Translations under genes and position numbers: made by a program | Part shown: piece after piece, positions 14,313-21,007 of the stretch | Position numbering within the stretch: position 1 is the first letter of the stretch | Layout: each line of letters starts with the position of its first letter | NCBI GenBank assembly: GCA_018304385.1 | Contig: JAGVWJ010000039.1 | Location: 1-21,007, forward strand | DNA: 21,007 nt | Direction of reading: 5' to 3' | Source of the DNA: Candidatus Micrarchaeota archaeon | GTDB lineage: Archaea; Micrarchaeota; Micrarchaeia; Anstonellales; Bilamarchaeaceae | The notes under the pieces: model-generated | Told to the model about the DNA's origin: nothing | The model's database searches: none | Seen by the model: only the letters and a program-made list of their open reading frames with translations

Positions 14313-15483
14313 ACTTGGAAAATATTTCACATTTGAGTTATCAAAGCAAATGCCAATACATAACTGGTTTTATTATAAGGAAGGATTTGCACCACAAGTT
14401 GTAGAATGGGCAATAAAGCAAGGGGTTATTGGCTCGTGGCCGGTGGCTAGTGGCCAAATGCTAATAGCTAATAGCCAAAAGCTATTACTTGATCCTTTCT
14501 GCGGCTGTGGCACAAGTATGCTCACTGCTAAAGGCGCAGGGCTCAATGCAATTGGTTTTGATATATCACCAATAGCTGTGCTCGCTTCTCAAGTTAAATG
14601 TGAAAACTATGATAAAAATGAAATAGAAGGGATAAGGAAATTTTTGGATATTTCGAAATTACCAGAAGCAAACTTTGATTGGCAGTTTGAATTATTTTCA
14701 CCACGTGCAGTATTTCCAAGATCTAATTATAATGCGCTTTTATCATTAAGGCAAGCAATAGATACAGTGGAAAATGGAAAAATAAGAAACCTCTTGCTAT
14801 TGACGTTAGTTTCTATAATTCCACAGGTCGGCATCTTCATAAAAGACGGTGGAGTACTTCGTATAGATAAACGTAAGCACGCGATGCCTACTAAGGAAGC
14901 ATTTAGGAGAAAACTAAAAAATATGATCTATGACTTAGAAAAACATGCGGTTGTTGGTGAGGTACCAGAAATTTCGCAAGGAGATGCGCGCGCTATGCAG
15001 GTTGCAGATAATTCAATAGATATAATCGTAACCTCTCCACCTTATTTGAATAATGTTGACTATACTAAAGTTTATGGTCTTGAATTAAGTTTAATGTTTT
15101 TAGATAAATCAATAACCAAGCAGATTCGAGGCGAAAGCGTTCGTTCGTTTATTACTTCAAATGTTCCGCCAGACAGTGTACCGCCAGAAATTGGGGATGC
15201 TGGCATTAAGGTGCCGGTTATTGGTAATTATTTTTCTGACCTTGAAAAAACACTAATAGAAATAAAACGGGTGCTTAAAACCGGAAGCGCTTGCTATTTG
15301 ATTATTGGAAATTCTGTTGTTTACGGCCTGCAGATATTTGTTGATGAATTGCTTGCAGAAATGGCAGAGCGTTTAGGCATGCAAACTGAAATAATTGTTG
15401 GTGCCGAGCGAGTTGCTGATGTTAAACCAAGAAGGGTGAAAATTAGGGAGAGTATAGTGGTAATAAGAAAAACAGGATTGTAA
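14290..15483 (+). CDS. Amino-DNA methyltransferase (motif order I then IV, SPPY; likely N4-cytosine)
   Basis: IHNWFYYKEGF, LDPFCGCGT (motif I), GDAR, IVTSPPY (motif IV). Start moved from 14194 to ATG 14290, which overlaps the RNase HI 3' end. Confidence 0.88.
   Translation: MKLTTNLELGKYFTFELSKQMPIHNWFYYKEGFAPQVVEWAIKQGVIGSWPVASGQMLIANSQKLLLDPFCGCGTSMLTAKGAGLNAIGFDISPIAVLASQVKCENYDKNEIEGIRKFLDISKLPEANFDWQFELFSPRAVFPRSNYNALLSLRQAIDTVENGKIRNLLLLTLVSIIPQVGIFIKDGGVLRIDKRKHAMPTKEAFRRKLKNMIYDLEKHAVVGEVPEISQGDARAMQVADNSIDIIVTSPPYLNNVDYTKVYGLELSLMFLDKSITKQIRGESVRSFITSNVPPDSVPPEIGDAGIKVPVIGNYFSDLEKTLIEIKRVLKTGSACYLIIGNSVVYGLQIFVDELLAEMAERLGMQTEIIVGAERVADVKPRRVKIRESIVVIRKTGL
14427..14482. repeat. Eight degenerate 7-mers forming an imperfect fold-back inside the methyltransferase ORF
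   Basis: TATTGGC TCGTGGC CGGTGGC TAGTGGC CAAATGC TAATAGC TAATAGC CAAAAGC. Confidence 0.85.
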
Positions 15484-15499
15484 TTAGGCCTCCGCCTAA
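15484..15499. terminator. Small hairpin directly after the methyltransferase stop
   Basis: TTAGGC-CTCC-GCCTAA; archaeal termination does not require hairpins, so the role is uncertain. Confidence 0.25.
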
Positions 15500-15552
15500 C
15501 AAAACAAACCCCCTTTTTAAATATTTAGAATCCTAGTTATGTTGTGATTTAT

Positions 15553-17505
15553 ATGTCATTTAACAAAAATGTATTTATTTTCGTTGCGTTGATTGGAATC
15601 TTGCTAATAGCAGGATGTACAAAGATCAAAGGCGGAAAGGCAGTAGTTGAGCTTCCTAAGTTTTCTTCTTGTAATGAAATTGCGAATGCGTTTAAAAGCG
15701 CCAGTTCAAGTTATGATTATGGAATAATGTATGAGAGCACATCGATAAAAAGCTCAATAAGTAGCCCAATGCCAATGGCTGCACCAACATCTGGATCAGA
15801 CAGCGCATCAAAGCCAAGCTATTCAACAACAAATGTGCAAGTACAGGGTGTTGATGAGGCAGATATTGTAAAGACAGACGGAAAATATATTTATACTATT
15901 TCTAATGGAAAACTACATATAGCAGAGGCTTACCCTGCAGATACTGCGAAAGTACTTTCTTCTACTAAACTAACAAACATGAGTCCTAATGAGATATTTA
16001 TAGATGGAAATAAAGTTTTAGTATTTGGAACGCAAGGTGGGGGTTATTATGATTTTTCAGAAGTTGGTTACCCATACTATAATTACAAATCATTTACTAA
16101 TATACAAATATTCGATGTAACAGATAGAGCTAATCCAAAGCTCGAACGCAGTATTGATTTCGAAGGCAGTTATGTATCATCTAGAATGATAAACTCAACA
16201 GTTTATTTTGTAATAAATGATCAACCAAATTATTACTACTATGGGCCAAAAGAAAAAGATAATGAAACAATAGTTCCACTTTATCGTGATAGTGCAGTTA
16301 GCAAAGAGCTTTCACCAGTTGCTAAATGCGGAGATATTGGAAGATTAGAACCACTAGATGCTAGAAGCTTTGTAATAGTCGGATCACTATCTATGAAAGA
16401 TGTTAATGCAGATATAACTAAGGAAGTAATAGTTGCATCAGGTGAAAATATTTATGCATCTCAGAATAATTTATACTTAGCTGAGTTGAAATATGATTAT
16501 GTTTATCCTGAAGCTACTACCCCCGTTGATGTAATATTACCTAGAAGACCAGTGCGCAGCGCAGAAGAAACAGTTATTCATAAGTTTGCGCTTGATAATG
16601 GCGAGATTAGCTATTTAGGGAAAATGGAGGCGCCTGGCAGCATTCTTAATCAGTTTTCAATGGACGAGCATAAAGAGCACTTTAGGATAGCAACTACTAA
16701 AGGACATGTTGCACGAGGCGGTGGAGATTCTACAAACAATGTTTACATATTTGATGATCAGCTAAAAATGAGTGGCAAATTAGAGGATCTTGCACCTGGT
16801 GAAAAAATATATTCAGTACGCTTTATGGGTGATAAAGGATACTTAGTAACATTCAAAAAGGTCGATCCACTTTTCGTAATAGACTTAAGCAATCCAAAGA
16901 ATCCAAAAGTGCTCGGTAAGCTAAAAATACCTGGTTATTCTGATTATCTACATCCAATAGATGAAAACCATATTATAGGTATAGGAAAGGAAACAGTTGA
17001 GGCAGAAGAAGGCGATTTCGCTTGGTACCAGGGAATAAAAATGGCTGTATTTGATGTTAGTGATGTGGAGAATCCAAAAGAAATGTATAAGACTGTAATA
17101 GGCGATCGAGGAACAGAGTCTTATGCATTACAAGATCATAAGGCATTTCTTTATGATAAAAGCAAGAATCTATTAGTAATACCTGTACTTTTAGCAGAGA
17201 TACCATCTGAAGAGAAATTCAATCGAGATAAAAGGGGCAGCTCTCCTAAATACGGAGATTATGTTTTCCAAGGTGCGTATGTATATGATTTAACTTTGGA
17301 AAACGGTTTCCAATTAAGAGGGACAATAACACATGTGGATGGTAATGAATCATTCAAGAAATCTGGATATTATTATCGTGGCTATGGTGATGAAGTAAAG
17401 CGATCGCTCTATATTGGTGATTACCTCTATACTATATCAGATAATAAGATACTTGCAAATGCACTTAGTGATTTGGCGCTTGTGAAAGAATTAAAACTAA
17501 ACTAA
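15553..17505 (+). CDS. Secreted lipoprotein with C-terminal beta-propeller domain (COG4880-like)
   Basis: Lipobox-like LLIAGC; YSTTNVQVQGVDEADIVKTDGKYIY, LNQFSMDE...FRIATT, GEKIYSVRFMGDKGYLVTFKKVDPLFVIDL, GKLKIPGYSDYLHP. Start at ATG 15553 (GTG 15544 is an alternative). Confidence 0.9.
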   Translation: MSFNKNVFIFVALIGILLIAGCTKIKGGKAVVELPKFSSCNEIANAFKSASSSYDYGIMYESTSIKSSISSPMPMAAPTSGSDSASKPSYSTTNVQVQGVDEADIVKTDGKYIYTISNGKLHIAEAYPADTAKVLSSTKLTNMSPNEIFIDGNKVLVFGTQGGGYYDFSEVGYPYYNYKSFTNIQIFDVTDRANPKLERSIDFEGSYVSSRMINSTVYFVINDQPNYYYYGPKEKDNETIVPLYRDSAVSKELSPVAKCGDIGRLEPLDARSFVIVGSLSMKDVNADITKEVIVASGENIYASQNNLYLAELKYDYVYPEATTPVDVILPRRPVRSAEETVIHKFALDNGEISYLGKMEAPGSILNQFSMDEHKEHFRIATTKGHVARGGGDSTNNVYIFDDQLKMSGKLEDLAPGEKIYSVRFMGDKGYLVTFKKVDPLFVIDLSNPKNPKVLGKLKIPGYSDYLHPIDENHIIGIGKETVEAEEGDFAWYQGIKMAVFDVSDVENPKEMYKTVIGDRGTESYALQDHKAFLYDKSKNLLVIPVLLAEIPSEEKFNRDKRGSSPKYGDYVFQGAYVYDLTLENGFQLRGTITHVDGNESFKKSGYYYRGYGDEVKRSLYIGDYLYTISDNKILANALSDLALVKELKLN

Positions 17506-18197
17506 TTTATTCTAAGTTTTTCTTTAAGAACAGCTAGTGCTTCGCCCACTGTGGTGAAGACTAATGCATCGCTTGCAGATTCATTAACACTTTCAGGCAG
17601 ATCTCTCAATCCTCTTGAAAGCTGAGCTATCTGCGGATCTTCCTCCCGGAGGATTACCCCTCTGGAAACTAAACTAAGTCGAATAGTGTATAAAACTTTT
17701 GGGATATTTGTACCTGGCACTACCTCATCTTTTCGTGCAACTAATAGCTTGGTAAATCTTACCTCTGTACCTATATCTAATGTTAGACCCCCCTTTAATT
17801 CCTCTTTAGGATCTACTAAAGTTATAATCGCGATAGTGCCTTCATAGCTAATAGACCTTTGTGGTCCTGAGATTGGCTGCCACCTTGGATAATACACTGG
17901 CCCAACATCTTCAAATTTAAATTCCCCACCTTTAAAAAGATCTTCTGCAATAACATCAACTCTTCTTAGCTGAGGATTTGCTAACAAAGTATTGGTGCTT
18001 TCTGTATCCCATCGATCTGTTTGAGGATCGTAGTTGCCGAATCTTCTATCATAATATTTAGTAAGTCTGCCTTTTTCAACTATGCCTTCTGCCTTGCCCA
18101 GAGCATCCTCAAAATCCCATGCTGCTTGCTTTCGTGCTAATACCTGAGGATTGATTGTTATTGCCCTCTCTATTCTGCGTGTAAGCCTTTGTAACAT
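17502..18197 (-). CDS. Hypothetical protein (231 aa)
   Basis: Long ORF filling the gap between convergent and divergent neighbours; AAGTGA ribosome-binding-site-like sequence upstream; no family recognised. Confidence 0.75.
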   Translation of the reverse strand: MLQRLTRRIERAITINPQVLARKQAAWDFEDALGKAEGIVEKGRLTKYYDRRFGNYDPQTDRWDTESTNTLLANPQLRRVDVIAEDLFKGGEFKFEDVGPVYYPRWQPISGPQRSISYEGTIAIITLVDPKEELKGGLTLDIGTEVRFTKLLVARKDEVVPGTNIPKVLYTIRLSLVSRGVILREEDPQIAQLSRGLRDLPESVNESASDALVFTTVGEALAVLKEKLRIN

Positions 18198-18280
18198 AAT
18201 ACATCACTTTCCATTTTAAATAATAACATGTTTAGGAAGATTTTTAAATCCGCACTGCAATATAAGATTCTAGTTTTGAT

Positions 18281-19375
18281 ATGTCAGTCAATAAACACGC
18301 AGTATTAGTGCTGAAAGATGGCACAATAATTTATGGAAAAGGGTTTGGCGCTACAGCTACAAAGGTAGGCGAATTAGTCTTTAACACCTCAATGATGGGT
18401 TATCAGGAAGCGCTTACTGATCCGAGTTATGCTGGCCAGATTTTATTAATGACTTATCCGCTTATTGGGAATTATGGGGTAGACGCAAAGGACAAATGGG
18501 ATTCTAATTATTCTTGGTTTGAATCAAGAAGCGTGCAAGTGGAAGGTTTTGCTGTGCGTGAGTTAAATAATTTACCAGAGCATAGAGAAGCTACACAGAA
18601 TATTGATAAATTTTTAAGCGAGGCTGGCGCTCCTGGTATTTGTGATATTGATACTCGCTATATTGTTAGACATATTAGAAATGCGGGTGTAATGCCTGCT
18701 GTGCTTGCAACTTATGAGAATGGAATTGATGTTAAGAAACTACTAGACGAGCTTACATTTAAATACGAGAATATAAATTTTGTCGAGCGCGTAACAACGC
18801 GCGAGCCCCTTGTTTTTGGTAAAGAAAATAAAAGAACAGTCACACTTATTGATTATGGCGTAAAAATGAATATTGTACGCGAGCTGGTTGCGCGTAAATT
18901 AAAAGTAATTGTTTTGCCAAGTTTTGCGAATACGCAGGATGTTGAAAAATATGAACCATCAGGAGTTGTTTTATCTAATGGCCCGGGTGATCCAGCGATT
19001 CTTAAAGATGCGCATGAAACAATTAGGCAACTCGCTAATAAATTTCCAATACTTGGCATATGTTTAGGTCATCAATTGCTTGCACATGCGCTTGGTGGAA
19101 CAACATATAAATTAAAATTCGGTCATCGTGGTGCTAATCATCCTGTGCTAAATAAATTAACAGGCAAAATAGCGATAACAACGCAGAATCATGGATATGC
19201 GGTAGATAAATTGCCAAAAGATCTTGAGATTACTCATGTTAATGTAAATGATGGAACAATTGAAGGCATGAAGCACACTTCCAAACAGATATTTAGCGTG
19301 CAGTATCACCCTGAGGCTTCACCTGGGCCAAGGGATTCGAAATATATATTTGATGAATTTGTGAAAATGTTGTGA
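18281..19375 (+). CDS. carA: Carbamoyl-phosphate synthase small subunit
   Basis: GELVFNTSMMGYQEALTDPSYAGQIL, LSNGPGDP, GICLGHQ (catalytic Cys), TTQNHGY, VQYHPEASPGP. Confidence 0.98.
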   Translation: MSVNKHAVLVLKDGTIIYGKGFGATATKVGELVFNTSMMGYQEALTDPSYAGQILLMTYPLIGNYGVDAKDKWDSNYSWFESRSVQVEGFAVRELNNLPEHREATQNIDKFLSEAGAPGICDIDTRYIVRHIRNAGVMPAVLATYENGIDVKKLLDELTFKYENINFVERVTTREPLVFGKENKRTVTLIDYGVKMNIVRELVARKLKVIVLPSFANTQDVEKYEPSGVVLSNGPGDPAILKDAHETIRQLANKFPILGICLGHQLLAHALGGTTYKLKFGHRGANHPVLNKLTGKIAITTQNHGYAVDKLPKDLEITHVNVNDGTIEGMKHTSKQIFSVQYHPEASPGPRDSKYIFDEFVKML

Positions 19376-19809
19376 TGAAAATGAAAGAAAAGACTGATTG
19401 TAAGATATGCAATGACATTCCAGATAAGTGGGATTGGAATGAACAGTTTGATGATAAAAATTCTCCAGAATATAAAAAGATAAAGGAGGCAATTTATAAA
19501 TTAGAGAATGCTGCTGACAAGTATAAAGTATGTCCTGAATGCAGGACATATTATTTTTATGAAGAATCTTATTCTAGTTATGAGTCTGGCTCCGAATGGG
19601 TTATTATTAATCTTCATCGCTTTACTGCTGCATGCAAAAAGTGCGGAATTCAGATCATAAGCGAATGCGGTTGTATCCCCATGAATAAACCGAATGAATC
19701 CTTGATAAAAAATAAAGAAATTAATTATACTTTATGCGGCGAGGCTTGTAGATCGGGTACAAAAGAGAAATGCATTAAATGCGGTACAGAATTTGTAATT
19801 AGTCATTAA
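19372..19809 (+). CDS. Cys-rich hypothetical protein with two predicted Zn-binding modules
   Basis: CKIC...CPEC, then CKKC...CGC...CGEAC...CIKC. Confidence 0.75.
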   Translation: MMKMKEKTDCKICNDIPDKWDWNEQFDDKNSPEYKKIKEAIYKLENAADKYKVCPECRTYYFYEESYSSYESGSEWVIINLHRFTAACKKCGIQIISECGCIPMNKPNESLIKNKEINYTLCGEACRSGTKEKCIKCGTEFVISH

Positions 19810-19823
19810 ATAAAAGGTGTAAA

Positions 19824-20012
19824 ATGAAAGAAAGAAAATGCGCCAACTGTGGAATTCCGATAATAACTACTGGTTGTCTTGTTGATGAAGAGATGGTAGA
19901 AAAAAGAGACAAAAAAGAGATAAACTATATTATTTTTGGGGAAGCAGGTATACCACTTAAACCTGTTAAAAGAAAATGTGTTAATTGTGGTACAGAATTT
20001 GAGGTGTTGTAA
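19824..20012 (+). CDS. Small Zn-ribbon protein, paralog of the C-terminal domain of 19372-19809
   Basis: CANCG...KEINY..FGEA...KCVNCGTEF; AAGGTG ribosome-binding site upstream. Confidence 0.78.
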   Translation: MKERKCANCGIPIITTGCLVDEEMVEKRDKKEINYIIFGEAGIPLKPVKRKCVNCGTEFEVL

Positions 20013-20013
20013 A

Positions 20014-20880
20014 ATGAAAACCAAAAATTTGATCTCAATGCAAGATTTAAGCAAAGAAGATTTAGAAAATTTGTTTAAGCTAACAGATGAGCTGAAGAAT
20101 AAAACAATGCAGAAGAATGGAAAAACTGCTGCGCTATTGTTTAATAGGCCAAGCACTAGAACGCATGTTTCATTTGATGTTGCACTTAACCAGCTTGGAT
20201 ACAGTACTACTTATCTTGATTATGTTTTTACACAACTCGTTAGGGGCGAGAAACTAAAAGATAGCGCTAAGGCAATTAGCCAGTATGTAAATTTAATTGT
20301 TGCGAGGCTTGTTCCGCATTCTATGCTTGAGGAATTAGCAAAATATTCTGATGTTCCAGTGATTAATGCAGGTAGTGACTTAGAACACCCTTGTCAAGCT
20401 CTAGGCGATCTTTATACGATTAAAGAGGCTCATGGCTCAAAGCTCAAGACTGGAAGCAAAATAGTGTTTGTAGGGGACCCAAGAGATGCTGTTGCTAATT
20501 CGCTTTCAATTGGTGCGCAAGCACTTGGATTGAAATTTATTTATCTATGTCCAAAAGGATACTACCCTTCAAATAAAAAAGCAGATGTTTCTAGCGATCT
20601 AAAAATCGTAAAGGATGCTTCAATAATTTATACAAATGCATGGTCACGAGAGCTAAATGAAGAAGCAACAGAAATAATGCGGGATTTTCTTTCTTATCAG
20701 GTGAATGAGCAAATGCTAGCCCAAGCACCAAAGGATGTCTTAATAATGCACCCTCTACCTGCATTTCGCGGATTAGAGATTAGTGATGCTGTTCTTGATA
20801 GTAAAAATTCTTTGGTATGGCAGCAGGTGAAGAATAGATTGTATGTACAGAAGGCTGTCATACAATCATTGGAGAAATAG
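20014..20880 (+). CDS. Ornithine-carbamoyltransferase-like transcarbamylase, divergent substrate site
   Basis: FNRPSTRT, RGE, PVINAGSDLEHPCQALGDLYTI are OTCase-like, but the substrate-side motifs read GDPRDA, YTNAWSRE and HPLP. Start moved to ATG 20014 after GAGGTG (20001-20006). Confidence 0.85.
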   Translation: MKTKNLISMQDLSKEDLENLFKLTDELKNKTMQKNGKTAALLFNRPSTRTHVSFDVALNQLGYSTTYLDYVFTQLVRGEKLKDSAKAISQYVNLIVARLVPHSMLEELAKYSDVPVINAGSDLEHPCQALGDLYTIKEAHGSKLKTGSKIVFVGDPRDAVANSLSIGAQALGLKFIYLCPKGYYPSNKKADVSSDLKIVKDASIIYTNAWSRELNEEATEIMRDFLSYQVNEQMLAQAPKDVLIMHPLPAFRGLEISDAVLDSKNSLVWQQVKNRLYVQKAVIQSLEK

Positions 20881-20890
20881 TTGATAGATT

Positions 20891-21007
20891 ATGAAGGATA
20901 AAATATCAAAAGTATTAGTTATAGGTAGCGGCCCGATAGTCATAGGTCAAGCTGCTGAATTTGATTATTCAGGTACGCAAGCCTGCACAGCACTACGTGA
21001 GGAAGGA
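20891..21007 (+). CDS. carB: Carbamoyl-phosphate synthase large subunit (3' truncated by window edge)
   Basis: [39 protein letters not shown]. Confidence 0.97.
   Translation, partial: MKDKISKVLVIGSGPIVIGQAAEFDYSGTQACTALREEG

Noticed and set aside
19936-20013. 26-aa N-terminal extension of the transcarbamylase
   Set aside because: It overlaps the Zn-ribbon gene; GAGGTG points to ATG 20014.
1-21007. Integrase, transposase, prophage or CRISPR-Cas genes
   Set aside because: No such motifs in any ORF; the coding content is mostly housekeeping.

Overview
Archaeal chromosomal window. GGTGA-type ribosome-binding sites, the rps13-rps4-rps11-rpoD order, extended ribosomal proteins and an intron-split tRNA suggest a DPANN lineage such as Micrarchaeota (inference). 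Contents in order: 3' end of EF-1beta; rps13-rps4-rps11-rpoD; a PadR + MacB/LolCDE-type ABC exporter + COG1361-like operon; an NAD-dependent epimerase; tRNA-Leu(GAG) split by two non-canonical introns (49 nt in the D-loop, about 169 nt in the T-loop); cold-shock protein; beta-CASP nuclease; a duplicated promoter/start fragment followed by an unexplained cassette of about 215 nt made of stacked hairpins; rhomboid; APC permease; DUF599-like protein; a non-catalytic (beta-type) tRNA splicing endonuclease subunit; bPH-domain membrane protein; frameshifted RNase HI; orphan amino-methyltransferase with an in-frame 7-mer repeat insertion; beta-propeller lipoprotein; an unassigned 231-aa protein; and carA, two paralogous Zn-ribbon genes, a divergent OTCase-like transcarbamylase and carB (partial). 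The most striking theme is small structured insertions (multi-hairpin cassettes of about 170 nt and 7-bp-period microrepeats) in a tRNA, in intergenic DNA and in a coding gene, next to a broad-specificity-type splicing endonuclease subunit. All structure calls are by eye; no folding or database search was run.
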